In this document: positions 8,936 to 18,853 of the stretch, piece after piece | Layout of the letters: each line of letters opens with the position of its first letter | How positions within the stretch are numbered: position 1 is the stretch's first letter | From: an uncultured Collinsella sp. | GTDB lineage: Bacteria > Actinomycetota > Coriobacteriia > Coriobacteriales > Coriobacteriaceae | Reading direction: 5' to 3' | Assembly: GCA_900544385.1 (NCBI GenBank) | Contig: UQVD01000001.1 | Coordinates: 1 to 48,717 of the forward strand | Length of the DNA stretch: 48,717 bases | Program-made: the position numbers and the translations under genes | Notes under the pieces: generated by a model | Told to the model about the DNA's origin: nothing | Seen by the model: only the letters and a program-made list of their open reading frames with translations | Database searches by the model: none

Positions 8936-9262
8936 ATGTACGAGCCTTCGCGTGTTCTTCTGTCATTTCACATTGCAGGATTTCAGTATGCCGATGGCGC
9001 CTTGGTCTTGGGCGATCTTAAAGCGGGCGATAAGCTGACGCTGTGTGCCGAGCGCGATAATCCCCATGACCCTGAGGCGGTTGCGATTTATTACGGCAAC
9101 ACCAAGCTTGGCTATGTTCCGGGAAACGAGGTCGGCCCACTGTCCTTGATGATGTATTACGGCCACGAGGACGTATTTGAGGCCCGCGTGCAACAGGTTG
9201 CCCCCGAGCGCAGCCCGTGGCATCAGGTGCGCGTTGGGCTCTATGTGGTGGATGCTCGCTAA
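8936..9262 (+). CDS. Stand-alone HIRAN domain protein
   Basis: FHIAGFQY, LTLCAERDNPHDPEAVAIY, KLGYVP; GAGGAG RBS. Confidence 0.88.
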   Translation: MYEPSRVLLSFHIAGFQYADGALVLGDLKAGDKLTLCAERDNPHDPEAVAIYYGNTKLGYVPGNEVGPLSLMMYYGHEDVFEARVQQVAPERSPWHQVRVGLYVVDAR

Positions 9263-9280
9263 TCGGTATGGGAGACTGCC

Positions 9281-9460
9281 ATGTTTGATGACGATGACCT
9301 GTTCGATCTGACAGACGATCCGTTTGAGTGGGATACGCTACTCGATGACGATGAGCTAGAGCAGGACCGTGAGAAGCGGCAAGACAAGAAAGCGCAGGGC
9401 TACGCTTCGAAAAAGCAAGACAAACGCCGCCGAGGTTTGTTCGGCGGGCTCTTTGGCTAA
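9281..9460 (+). CDS. 59-aa hypothetical protein (acidic N-terminus, basic/amphipathic C-terminus)
   Basis: MFDDDDLFDLTDDPFEWDTLLDDDELEQDREKRQDKKAQGYASKKQDKRRRGLFGGLFG; GGAGA RBS; fills the gap between HIRAN and phosphoesterase genes. Confidence 0.6.
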   Translation: MFDDDDLFDLTDDPFEWDTLLDDDELEQDREKRQDKKAQGYASKKQDKRRRGLFGGLFG

Positions 9461-9511
9461 CCGACGCGCCAGAGCGTCTGTATACTAGGCACGTGTTAGA
9501 CGCGTTGCGAA

Positions 9512-10072
9512 ATGAGGACACAGACGATGATGTGGTTTACCGCCGACCTGCACCTGGGCGATACGAATATCTTGCACGATATGGATCGGCCGTTTGATTC
9601 GGTCGAGGAGATGAACCGCAAGGTCATCGATGCCATCAATGAGTGCGTGGCTGCGGACGACCGCCTCTATATTCTGGGTGACTTTACCTATCGTTTGCCC
9701 CTGGCGGAGGCGGTGCGCCTGCGCGAGCGTATCGAATGCCAGAACGTGACGCTCATCCGCGGTAACCATGACGGCGACTGGGAAGATTCCGACGTACCGC
9801 AGATTTGGGAAGACGTGCGCGATTACCTGGAGATTGCTCCCGGCTATGCCAAGGGCCATCGTCTGGTTATGAGCCACTACCCCATGCTCAGCTGGAACGG
9901 CAAGGCACGTGGCGCCATTATGCTGCATGGGCATATCCACAGCAGGGGTGACCGCGCCAACGCACGCAACCGCGATCGCGAGCGCCCTATCTTTCGCTAC
10001 GATGTCGGTCTCGATGCCAACGAGTACAAGCCCGTAAGCCGCGATCAGATTCTTAGCTTCTTTGGGTTATAG
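9512..10072 (+). CDS. Calcineurin-like metallophosphoesterase (AQ1575-like)
   Basis: FTADLHLG, LYILGD, IRGNHD, SHYP, LHGHIH, YDVGLD; true start may be 9527 or 9530. Confidence 0.9.
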   Translation: MRTQTMMWFTADLHLGDTNILHDMDRPFDSVEEMNRKVIDAINECVAADDRLYILGDFTYRLPLAEAVRLRERIECQNVTLIRGNHDGDWEDSDVPQIWEDVRDYLEIAPGYAKGHRLVMSHYPMLSWNGKARGAIMLHGHIHSRGDRANARNRDRERPIFRYDVGLDANEYKPVSRDQILSFFGL

Positions 10073-10125
10073 GGCGCCAGAGCCACCACAAAGGGGACAG
10101 GCACCTTTGTGGTGGCTCTGGCGCC
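10073..10125. repeat. Perfect 22-bp hairpin with GGGACAGG core (REP-like; may also act as terminator)
   Basis: GGCGCCAGAGCCACCACAAAGG-GGACAGGCA-CCTTTGTGGTGGCTCTGGCGCC. Confidence 0.75.
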
Positions 10126-10212
10126 GTTGCCATTATGGCGGCGGCGCCTTTTTTGTCCGCGCGGCGCGGTAGAGTGTAGCCGGTTGATATTTGCGTCCAT
10201 CGAGGAGCTGCT

Positions 10213-11970
10213 ATGAACGAGATCAAGTGCCCGCATTGCGGCGAAGTTTTTAAGGTCGATGCATCCGGCTATGCGGATATCGTCAAGCAGGTGCGCGATG
10301 CCGAGTTCTCGCGCGACCTGGATGAGCGTGTGAAGGCAGTCCAGCGCGAGGGCGAGCAGGCGCTGGAGCTTGAGCGCTCGCGTTCGACGGCTGCCTTGCA
10401 ACAGGCAGAGTCTCAGCGCAATGCCCAGCTTGTCGAGCAGAAGAACACTGCGGATCAGAAACTGGCGCAAGAGGTTGCCAAGCGCGATGCTGAGCTTGCC
10501 GAGCTGCGCGCTAAGCTCGAGGGCGCTGCCGCAGAGCGCGAGAGTGCAAGCCAGCGCGCGGCGGTTGAGGCACGAGCCAATGCTCAAAAAGAGAATGCCG
10601 AACTCCAGCGTGAGATTGATAGCCTGCGTGCGCAGCTTGGGCGCAAAGATGACGAAGCAAAGCTTGCCGAGTCGGCGGCGCGCAACGCTGCTCAAAACGA
10701 TTTAGCTGCACGCGACGCTCAGATTGCCGAGCTGCAGGCCAGGCTTGCCGCGGCGGACAAGGCCCAGGAGATGGCGCTTGCCGCTGCCGCGGCAGAGTCG
10801 CAGCGTGAGCTCGATGCCGCTCGCAGCGAGGCCGAGCGCGCGCTTGCTGACTATCGCGCGAAGGTGCAAGAGAAGTTTTCCGCCGCAAAGGCTCAGTCTG
10901 AGCAGGAGGCCGAGGGCCTTCGTGCCCAACTGCGTGAGCAAGAGCTTACGGCAAAAATGAACCTTTCAGAGGCGGTCGCCGCGGCGGAGCGAGAGCGCGA
11001 TGAGGCACGTGCCAAACTGACGAGCGAGTTGGCGGTGCGCGATTCTCGCGAGGAGCAAGCCAAGGCGGCACATGAGCTCGAGCTCGCGCAGGCCAAGCGC
11101 GCGAGCGATGACCTGATTCGCTACAAGGATGAAGAGATTGAGCGCCTTAAGGACATGAAGGTCCGCCTGTCCACCAAGATGGTGGGCGAGTCGCTCGAGC
11201 AGCATTGCGAGACCGAGTTTAACCGTCTGCGCATGACGGCGTTTCCTAACGCGTACTTCGAGAAGGATAACGATGCGTCCGAGGGCACCAAGGGCGACTT
11301 TATCTTCCGCGAGTGCGACGCGAGCGGCAACGAGGTTATTTCGATTATGTTCGAGATGAAAAACGAGAACGACGAGACCGCGACCAAGCATAAAAATGAG
11401 GACTTCTTTAAGAAACTCGATCACGATCGTCGCCAGAAAGGCTGTGAGTACGCGGTGCTCTGCACGTTGCTCGAACCCGAGAGCGAGCTTTACAACGCCG
11501 GCATCGTGGACGTGAGCTATCGCTACGAGAAGATGTACGTGATTCGCCCACAGTTCTTTATTCCCATGATCACGCTTCTTCGCAACGCCGCCATGGGTTC
11601 GCTGCGCTATAAGCAGGAACTGGCGGAGTACAAACAGCAGAATATCGACGTCACGAACTTCGAAGCCAAGATGGAAAAGTTCAAGAATGATTTCGGTCGC
11701 AACTACGAGATCGCGAGCCGAAAGTTCCAAACGGCGATTGATGAGATCGACAAGACGATTAGCCATCTGCAGAAAACCAAGGAGGCGTTGCTGTCCTCCG
11801 AGAACAATCTGCGCCTAGCCAACAAGAAGGCCGACGATCTTACCATTCGCAAGCTCACGTGGGGTAACAAGACCATGAAGGCGGCGTTTGACGAGGCACG
11901 CGGGGCTGCGACAGAGACAAACGATGAGCCAGCCGAGGCGGATTCGTATGAGGTCGAGGATGCCGAGTAA
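10213..11970 (+). CDS. DUF2130 domain coiled-coil protein
   Basis: N-terminal IKCPHCG, long Ala/Glu coiled coil, C-terminal [14 protein letters not shown]...KGDFIFRE...IMFEMKNE...YVIRPQFF. Confidence 0.85.
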   Translation: MNEIKCPHCGEVFKVDASGYADIVKQVRDAEFSRDLDERVKAVQREGEQALELERSRSTAALQQAESQRNAQLVEQKNTADQKLAQEVAKRDAELAELRAKLEGAAAERESASQRAAVEARANAQKENAELQREIDSLRAQLGRKDDEAKLAESAARNAAQNDLAARDAQIAELQARLAAADKAQEMALAAAAAESQRELDAARSEAERALADYRAKVQEKFSAAKAQSEQEAEGLRAQLREQELTAKMNLSEAVAAAERERDEARAKLTSELAVRDSREEQAKAAHELELAQAKRASDDLIRYKDEEIERLKDMKVRLSTKMVGESLEQHCETEFNRLRMTAFPNAYFEKDNDASEGTKGDFIFRECDASGNEVISIMFEMKNENDETATKHKNEDFFKKLDHDRRQKGCEYAVLCTLLEPESELYNAGIVDVSYRYEKMYVIRPQFFIPMITLLRNAAMGSLRYKQELAEYKQQNIDVTNFEAKMEKFKNDFGRNYEIASRKFQTAIDEIDKTISHLQKTKEALLSSENNLRLANKKADDLTIRKLTWGNKTMKAAFDEARGAATETNDEPAEADSYEVEDAE

Positions 11971-11989
11971 GGCATAGCATATAGTGCAA

Positions 11990-12027
11990 AAGTGGGGCCG
12001 CTGACGATGTTGCCAGCGGCCCCACTT
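11990..12027. terminator. Hairpin between convergent genes
   Basis: AAGTGGGGCCGCTG / CAGCGGCCCCACTT perfect 14-bp stem. Confidence 0.7.
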
Positions 12028-12044
12028 CGTTCCAGTATGTACGG

Positions 12045-14726
12045 CTAGTCTTCGAGCAGGTCCTCGATAAAGCCGACACGGTAGTTCTTGAAGATGACCT
12101 CGCCGCCGTCTTGCGTGGCATCCAGGTCGACATCGCCCATGATGCCAAAGTCGTGGTCGCCATCCTCGTCGGCAAAAATCTGGTGCACGTGCCACACGTG
12201 ATCGGTCTTCTCGTCGCTCTCGTCGATGGTAAACATCGCGGCGCTGCGGGCATCTCCGTCGGTGAGGATTTCCTCGTGCTGCTCATGGTAGGCATCGAGC
12301 GCCTTTTGCCAGCGGACCTCGCTCATGCCCCAGTCCTCGTCGAGTTCGCCCAGGTCGCGAACGTGCTCGCGGGCGGCAAGGGTCACGCGGCGGAAGAGTG
12401 CGTTGCGCACCAGCAGCGTGCAACCGCGACGGTCCGCAACGACCTCGTCGATGCCCTGCGGCGGCACGGCGTCGAGGGCCGCCGGGTTGCCGGCGTTCTC
12501 CCACTCGTCCACCAGGCTCGAGTCGACCGAGCGCACCACAAAGCCGAGCCACGAAATGATGTCGCGCAAGCGCTCATCGCGCTTCTCAATGGGCACGGTG
12601 CGATCGAGGGAGCGGTAGGCCTCGGCTAGGTAGCGCAGCAGAATGCCCTCGGAGCGGGCGATGCCGAGCTTTTGGATATAGCCCTTGAAGTCGCTCGCGC
12701 TCTCCAGCATGTCGCGCAGGACGCTCTTGGGCGAGAGCTGATAGTCGTTGGCCCAGGGCACTTCCTGGCAGTACTTGTCAAAAGCGGCGTCGAGCAAATC
12801 CTCGAGCGGCTTTTCATACGTGACGTCTTGGATGCGCTCCAAGCGCTCCTCATACTCGATGCCGTCGGCCTTCATCTCGGCCATAGCGCGATCGCGTGCG
12901 GTGCGCTCCTGTGCACGCAGCACCTGTTTGGGATCCTCGAGCGTTGCCTCGACCATCGAGATTAGATCCATGGTATAGGTCTCGCTCTCGGGATCGAGCA
13001 GTTCCAACGCGGCAAGCAAGAACGGCGAGAGCGGCTGATCGAGTGCGAAGTCCTCGGGTAGATCGACCGTCAGCGCATAGTCGATGTCTGGTGCGGCGTC
13101 AGTCGGGGCGTCGGGCGCGGGCGGCACCTCGGTACGAACGACGACACCGGAATCGATGAGTGTGGCGAAGATTTCGTCGGCGCGAACCTCGAGCTTGGCC
13201 TTTTCCTCGGGGGTCTGCAGGCTCGTCTCGATGAGGTCGTGTACGCGGGCACGGGCGTCGCCGCCCTGCTCGACCACGCTAATCACCATGGAGTGCGTGA
13301 TGCGCAGGCGCGGCTTGAGCGTCTCGGGCTGCGTCTCGATCAGGCGCTCAAAGGTCTGCTTGTTCCAGGTGACAAAGCCCTCGGGGGCCTTTTTCTTTTT
13401 AATCTTACGGAGTTTTTTGGGGTCGTCGCCCGCTTTGGCCATAAGCTTGGCGTTCTCGATCTCGTGCTCGGGTGCCTCGGCAATTACCATGCCCTCGGTA
13501 TCGAAGCCCGAGCGGCCGGCGCGACCGGCTATCTGATGGAACTCGCGGGCGCGCAGACGACGCATCTTGTAGCCATCGAACTTGGTGAGTGCGGTGAGGA
13601 CCACGGTGTGGATGGGCACGTTGATGCCGACGCCGAGTGTGTCGGTGCCGCAGATGACGGGCAGCAGGCCCTGCTGTGCCAAGCGCTCGACCAGCAGGCG
13701 ATAGCGCGGCAGCATACCGGCGTGGTGCACGCCGACGCCGCATCCAAGCAGGCGTTTGAGAATCTTACCAAAGGCCGTCGAGAAGCTCGTTCCCTTTGCC
13801 GCTTCTTTGATGGCCTCGCGCTGCTCCTTGCTGGCGATGCCAAAATTGGCGAGCGACTGTGCCGTCGCAAGGGCGGCATCCTGGCTAAAGTGCACGATAT
13901 AGAGCGGGGCCTCGCCGCGGCGCATGGCGAGCTCGACCGTGCCCTCGAGGGAGGTCGTCACATAGTTGTAGCTCAACGGAACAGGACGAGGGGCGTCGAC
14001 AACCAAGTCGCAAGCAGCGCCGGTGTGTTCCTCGAGTGAGGCGGCGATGGCGGTGACATCGCCGAGCGTGGCGCTCATGAGCATAAATTGCGTGTGGGGC
14101 AGGGTGAGCAGCGGTACCTGCCAGGCCCAGCCGCGGTCGGGGTCGGCAAAGTAGTGGAACTCGTCCATGGCCACGCAGCCCACGTCGGCGTCCTCGCCTT
14201 CGCGCAGCGCATCGTTGGCAAGGATTTCGGCCGTGCAGCAGATGACGGGCGCCTTGGTATTGATATGCGTATCGCCGGTGATCATGCCGACGTTATCGCG
14301 GCCGAGTACCTGTACCAGGTCGAAGAACTTTTCGCTGACCAGGGCCTTGATGGGGGCCGTGTAATAGCAGCGCTTGCCCTGTGCCATGCCCATAAAGAGC
14401 ATGCCCAGCGCGACGAGCGATTTACCCGATCCGGTCGGTGTTCCCAAAATGACGTGGTCGCCGGCAGCCAGGTCCATGAGGGCCTCTTCTTGGTGATCCC
14501 ACAGCTCAATGCCGCGATCGCTCGTCCATTCAAAGAAGCGTTCGAAGGCTTGGTCGGGCGTGAGCCACGGTTCGGGCTCACTGCCGTCCTCGGGCTCCCA
14601 CCAGGTGGGGGAGAGCGCGCCGAGCGAGCCGAACTCGGCTTCGGTTCCCGTGCCGCCCGAGAACGAGCTGGCGGCCCCGGCGCCGGAGACGGTGCCGGCG
14701 GCGGTATCTGTCGTGGTCTGTGCCAT
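12045..14726 (-). CDS. DEAD/DEAH-box (Ski2-like) helicase with DUF3516-type C-terminus
   Basis: TPTGSGKS, YTAPIKALVSEK, MDEFH, MSAT, HHAGMLP, TDTLGVGIN, QIAGRAGR. Confidence 0.9.
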   Translation of the reverse strand: MAQTTTDTAAGTVSGAGAASSFSGGTGTEAEFGSLGALSPTWWEPEDGSEPEPWLTPDQAFERFFEWTSDRGIELWDHQEEALMDLAAGDHVILGTPTGSGKSLVALGMLFMGMAQGKRCYYTAPIKALVSEKFFDLVQVLGRDNVGMITGDTHINTKAPVICCTAEILANDALREGEDADVGCVAMDEFHYFADPDRGWAWQVPLLTLPHTQFMLMSATLGDVTAIAASLEEHTGAACDLVVDAPRPVPLSYNYVTTSLEGTVELAMRRGEAPLYIVHFSQDAALATAQSLANFGIASKEQREAIKEAAKGTSFSTAFGKILKRLLGCGVGVHHAGMLPRYRLLVERLAQQGLLPVICGTDTLGVGINVPIHTVVLTALTKFDGYKMRRLRAREFHQIAGRAGRSGFDTEGMVIAEAPEHEIENAKLMAKAGDDPKKLRKIKKKKAPEGFVTWNKQTFERLIETQPETLKPRLRITHSMVISVVEQGGDARARVHDLIETSLQTPEEKAKLEVRADEIFATLIDSGVVVRTEVPPAPDAPTDAAPDIDYALTVDLPEDFALDQPLSPFLLAALELLDPESETYTMDLISMVEATLEDPKQVLRAQERTARDRAMAEMKADGIEYEERLERIQDVTYEKPLEDLLDAAFDKYCQEVPWANDYQLSPKSVLRDMLESASDFKGYIQKLGIARSEGILLRYLAEAYRSLDRTVPIEKRDERLRDIISWLGFVVRSVDSSLVDEWENAGNPAALDAVPPQGIDEVVADRRGCTLLVRNALFRRVTLAAREHVRDLGELDEDWGMSEVRWQKALDAYHEQHEEILTDGDARSAAMFTIDESDEKTDHVWHVHQIFADEDGDHDFGIMGDVDLDATQDGGEVIFKNYRVGFIEDLLED

Positions 14727-14847
14727 ATGGTTGCTTTCTCTCGCGATTGTCCGCCAACTATTATGGCGTAGCGTCGCATCGATGCGTTCGCAGGCAAGAA
14801 AATGCAGGAAATGGGCGTTCTGCCCAGCCGTTTAGTGTAGTCGCTAG

Positions 14848-14970
14848 CTAAGTGAGTAGACTTTTTGCGATATTGCGAGCACATGGCTTTTGCGCAAGGG
14901 TTCTACCTGCGGTTTTATGTTTCGCTATGCGGGCTGTGCTTGGCTATTGCAAAATAGTCTACTCACTTAG
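14848..14970. repeat. 123-bp palindromic element, copy 3 (solo, more diverged interior)
   Basis: CTAAGTGAGTAGACT / AGTCTACTCACTTAG termini; TACCTGCGG at offset 56; same length as copies 1 and 2. Confidence 0.9.
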
Positions 14971-15035
14971 GTTTGAGGGCCGTTTGCTGGCGCCTATTTG
15001 TGCTTGTTTGCCGACGCCGCGACCATCAGAAGCCC

Positions 15036-15875
15036 CTAGGACTCTTGCGGCAGGCGCTTCTTGCCTTTGCGGGCGCGGTTTCTAAAGTTCTCGACGGCCT
15101 CTTCCATGCCGAGAGGCACGTAGGTGAGCTCATCGAGGTTTTCGGGCAGGTAGTAGGCAAGGCTTTGCTCCTGCGCGCGGCCCGCCGCGAGCTGTTCATC
15201 GCTGGGCTGCGCGCCGGGTGTGGCGCAAATACCATATACAGCGGCACCCATCTCGCGCGTGCGGCATTCATATTCGGTCTCGGGGTGCTCGGGATGGTCG
15301 CGGCGGACGTCGTCACTTACCCAAAGCGTATCGTAGCCGGCTGCGGCAAACTGTCCCAGGGCGTAATCGCGCAATGGCTTGCTGTCGGTGCGCAGCGTGA
15401 CGGTAGCGCTGGCTGCAAAGAGCGGGCGATAGAGCATCAGATGGTCGACATGGACGAGGCGCTTTTTGGCGTACTTGGCCTTGGGCTGCGGCGTGGGAAA
15501 GTTGATGGTGATGGCATCGAGCTCGCCTGTGGCAAATAGCTGCGGCAGCGATGCGGCGCCTCGAGGCAGAACGAGTGCGTTGGTCAGTTCATGCTCGCAG
15601 ATTTTCTGTGCGGCATAGGCGATGCAGATGGGCTCCTGGTCCATGCCGATAAAGAGCGTGTCGGGCTCACGGCGAGCGCGCTCAACCAGATAGGTGCCTT
15701 TGCCGCAGCCCAGATCCAGATGAAGGTGTTCGAAGGGCTTGCTGCCTGCGGGCGCACAGGCCTTGCGCCAATCTCCGACATAGGCCTCGGGGTTCGTCTC
15801 AATCGCATCGGCGTAGCGCCCCAGGCGCTCCTCGAGCACAAAGTTCTTAGGCGTGCGAACGTGGACGGCTCCCAT
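15036..15875 (-). CDS. trmB: tRNA (guanine-N7)-methyltransferase
   Basis: LDLGCGKG, INFPTPQPKAKYAKKRL, LRTD, TEYE motifs. Confidence 0.85.
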   Translation of the reverse strand: MGAVHVRTPKNFVLEERLGRYADAIETNPEAYVGDWRKACAPAGSKPFEHLHLDLGCGKGTYLVERARREPDTLFIGMDQEPICIAYAAQKICEHELTNALVLPRGAASLPQLFATGELDAITINFPTPQPKAKYAKKRLVHVDHLMLYRPLFAASATVTLRTDSKPLRDYALGQFAAAGYDTLWVSDDVRRDHPEHPETEYECRTREMGAAVYGICATPGAQPSDEQLAAGRAQEQSLAYYLPENLDELTYVPLGMEEAVENFRNRARKGKKRLPQES

Positions 15876-15993
15876 GAGGCTCCTTGGTCATAAGTATGGA
15901 ACGCATAGCTGCACGTTCCGTCAATGGATTGAAAAAGGGCGGGCATAGTTTGCCCGGAAGATGCGGTGCGGCTCGGCGGCGAGTCGTCGATGC

Positions 15994-16866
15994 CTACAGG
16001 CGCTTGAGAATCACATAGCGGTTGAGCTCGCCGCTACGACCGTCGGCATGGAAGCGCTCAAGCTCACGCACGGGGACCTCGCCGCTCTTGTAGAACGTAC
16101 GGACGCCGCGCACCAGGTCGGTGATCTGCTGATCGTCAAAGTGATGGCAATAGCGGTAGGCGTGGCGGTCGTTTTGCCAGCCAATGAGGTGGTCGCCGGC
16201 TTCAAATTGGGCGGAATCGTAACCCTCAAACGGCGGGGTGAGCTCGGCGCGGGCTTCGGCGCGAACAGCCTTGCGCGCCATGCGCTCGTCGTTCATAAAC
16301 TCCCAAAAGCTGATGGCGATGATGCCGCCCGGGCGCGTCTGGCGCACCAGAGCGTCGAGCACGCGTACACGGTACTCGCACGACGGCACATGGTGCATAA
16401 AGCCAAAGCAGACCGAGATGTCGGCGAGCGGGGCGTCGAAAAGCACGTCGGGCGTCTCGGCGGGGTTGAGCTTCATAAGGGCGTCGAGCACGTCGAGTTC
16501 CTGGAAGTGCAGGTTGGGAATGCGCAGCGCGTGGCCATGTGCATCGATGGCCAGGTCTTGGCACGAGTCGACACCATAGAACTCAAACGGGCAGCTGGCA
16601 TCTGCCGAGGGGTTTGCGCCATCGACGCCCTTGGCGGCAAGTGCGCCGCCGGCGGCAAAGTTCTCGAATCGCATATTGCCACAGGCAAGATCGAAGACGC
16701 GGACGGGATGCTCGATCGTGGCGACGTCGAGCTGTTCGAGCGCGATATCCATGGTGCGTACCCAGCCGGGCCACGGGGCCTGGCGCGTATCGGAAAAGGA
16801 AGCGGAGTGCTCGCGATAGAACGTGTTGTTGAGCTGGATGAGCGATGAGGCGAAATCGCGGTTCAC
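15994..16866 (-). CDS. Class I SAM-dependent methyltransferase
   Basis: FSDTRQAPWPGW, VFDLACGNMRF, FGFMHHVP, RYCHHF; GTG start at 16866 after GGAGGGAG. Confidence 0.8.
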   Translation of the reverse strand: MNRDFASSLIQLNNTFYREHSASFSDTRQAPWPGWVRTMDIALEQLDVATIEHPVRVFDLACGNMRFENFAAGGALAAKGVDGANPSADASCPFEFYGVDSCQDLAIDAHGHALRIPNLHFQELDVLDALMKLNPAETPDVLFDAPLADISVCFGFMHHVPSCEYRVRVLDALVRQTRPGGIIAISFWEFMNDERMARKAVRAEARAELTPPFEGYDSAQFEAGDHLIGWQNDRHAYRYCHHFDDQQITDLVRGVRTFYKSGEVPVRELERFHADGRSGELNRYVILKRL

Positions 16867-17133
16867 GGCGCGGAACTCCCTCCGTTGGCGGTGCGGAATA
16901 AACAGTACGACCATACTACCGTTAACGCCGCAACGGGGACAACCAAGCTACGGGTCATTGCTTTGTTTGGACACATTTCCGCAGCTCATATGCGCCCGCA
17001 ACCGCCGGTTGTCAAAAATCTCACTAGAATAGGTGGCATGCTTTTGGCGGTGGCGGATAGATTTTTAACTGTGCAAGGCGCCTTAAGAACAAAAGCGGTC
17101 CGGCGGTACGGCTGGCATCACATAGGAGGAACC

Positions 17134-17856
17134 ATGAATGTAGAAACTGCGCAGCGGCTCGCCGACCTTCGCCGCAGCAAAGGCTTTAGTCAAGAAGGGC
17201 TGGCACGAAAGCTGGGACTGTCGCGCCAGGCGGTCAGTAAATGGGAGCGCGCGGAGAGCTCGCCCGATACCGAGAACCTGATCTCGCTCGCCAAACTCTA
17301 TGGCGTGAGTTTGGACGAGCTCCTCAATCCGAGCGATGAGATCGAGGACGATATCGAGTTTGAGAACGAGGACCGCGCTCGTCAGCGCGAGGCCGAGGCG
17401 GCAGAGCGCGCCCGCACCCATGAGGCAGCGGCGCGTGCGACTGAGGCGGCAACGCAGGCAAGTGACGCGGCAGCCAAGGCGGCACAGGCGGCAAGCTGGA
17501 GTGCGCAGGCCGCCAATGCGGCGACGGCTCAGGTGACGGGTGCCGTTGCGGCCGGCCCGACTCCGGTGAAGGGTCCGTTCCAGTCGTTCCCGTATTGGGC
17601 CGTGTGCTGGCTGCTGTTCTTTTTACTGATGTTCCTGGTTGGTGCCAGCCCCTTTCCCGCACTGATCTTCTTTACGATCCCCATCTATCACTGGGTGGCA
17701 CGTGCGCTCGATGGCGATTGGGCGCGCGGGGATATCCAGGTTGGTCCGGCACCGGTGGCGGTCAGGGCCCAGGGGAAGGATGCTTCTGCGGAACCTGATG
17801 CTGACGTGGCTACCGCGGCCACCGCTGAGCCATGTGCCAAAGAAGGTGACGAATGA
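17134..17856 (+). CDS. XRE-family HTH regulator with C-terminal membrane segment
   Basis: SQEGLARKLGLSRQAVSKWERAESSPDTENL; hydrophobic YWAVCWLLFFLLMFLVG; AGGAGG RBS before ATG 17134. Confidence 0.88.
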   Translation: MNVETAQRLADLRRSKGFSQEGLARKLGLSRQAVSKWERAESSPDTENLISLAKLYGVSLDELLNPSDEIEDDIEFENEDRARQREAEAAERARTHEAAARATEAATQASDAAAKAAQAASWSAQAANAATAQVTGAVAAGPTPVKGPFQSFPYWAVCWLLFFLLMFLVGASPFPALIFFTIPIYHWVARALDGDWARGDIQVGPAPVAVRAQGKDASAEPDADVATAATAEPCAKEGDE

Positions 17857-18755
17857 TGAAGCTTTCGCATGAATCCAAGCTGCGCCTGGGCGTCGGCATC
17901 GGAGCGTTTGTACTGATTATCGGGCTTGTTTTTGGCGTTTCGCGGACTTTGATTCATTTTGATGGCCCGTGGGATCTCGACGATGTTATACCCGGCTTGT
18001 CCGGTATGGACGATGTGGTTGATGACGACGATTTTATGAACGATGGCGGTAACTATTCCGCTCGGCCTCAGCAGCTTTCGTGTACGACCTTTGATGCCGA
18101 TGAGTTTCGCTACCTCGATTTCGATATCGATGCGGCTACGGTGGACGTCAAGGTTATTGATGGTAACAAGGCTCGCGTTATCGAGCGGGGACGCGTTGCC
18201 AATGGTATGGATGCCTCCAAGGCCGCGACGCAGAACATCGCATCCGTCGAGGACTCGACGCTCAAGGTTTCCCAGTTTGGAAGTGATGACGGTAAGGCAA
18301 TCGATCGCTCAGTTACGGTCGAGCTGCCGCGCCGTGTTGCCGAACATCTGAAGGGAGTCAACGCGCACGTGGGCTCGGGTGATCTGCAGATTGCCGGTGT
18401 CACCTGTGATGGTTTCGACCTTTTCCTGGGTGCGGGAGATGTAGAGTTTGCGGGCAGCGTGACTGATGCGCTCAGTGCTGAGGTCGGTTCGGGCGATGTG
18501 ACGTTCGAGCTCTACCAGGCCCCCGCGAAGTCGATGGACGTGAGTGTGGGCTCGGGCGATGTGGAGATGATGGTTCCGAACTCGACGGGCTTTAAGGCGA
18601 GCCTTACCTTGGGCAGCGGCGACTTCGAGAGCGATTTCCTTCCGCTTGGCTACGACGGCGAGACCATTTTGAATCTTGAATTCGATAACGGCGATAAGTC
18701 TGCTACGTATCGTTTTGAGGTCGGTTCGGGCGACATGTCATTTGATTCAGAGTGA
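17853..18755 (+). CDS. DUF4097 / adhesin-like beta-strand repeat protein
   Basis: N-terminal TM; repeated (V/L)GSGD motifs; 4-bp overlap with the HTH gene. Confidence 0.78.
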   Translation: MMKLSHESKLRLGVGIGAFVLIIGLVFGVSRTLIHFDGPWDLDDVIPGLSGMDDVVDDDDFMNDGGNYSARPQQLSCTTFDADEFRYLDFDIDAATVDVKVIDGNKARVIERGRVANGMDASKAATQNIASVEDSTLKVSQFGSDDGKAIDRSVTVELPRRVAEHLKGVNAHVGSGDLQIAGVTCDGFDLFLGAGDVEFAGSVTDALSAEVGSGDVTFELYQAPAKSMDVSVGSGDVEMMVPNSTGFKASLTLGSGDFESDFLPLGYDGETILNLEFDNGDKSATYRFEVGSGDMSFDSE

Positions 18756-18802
18756 CGGGCGGTTATCGAAGACTTATATACCATAGCTGCGCTGTTTGAT
18801 GG

Positions 18803-18836
18803 AGGCGCCGGAGCCGTGACGGGCTCCGGCGCCTTT
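18803..18836 (+). terminator. Rho-independent terminator
   Basis: AGGCGCCGGAGCC-GTGACG-GGCTCCGGCGCCT-TT. Confidence 0.65.
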
Positions 18837-18853
18837 GCCTTTACAATGGGGTC

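Noticed and set aside
8736..9038. 100-aa ORF between the toxin-like peptide and HIRAN
   Set aside because: No RBS or recognisable motif and overlaps the HIRAN gene out of frame; region more likely non-coding
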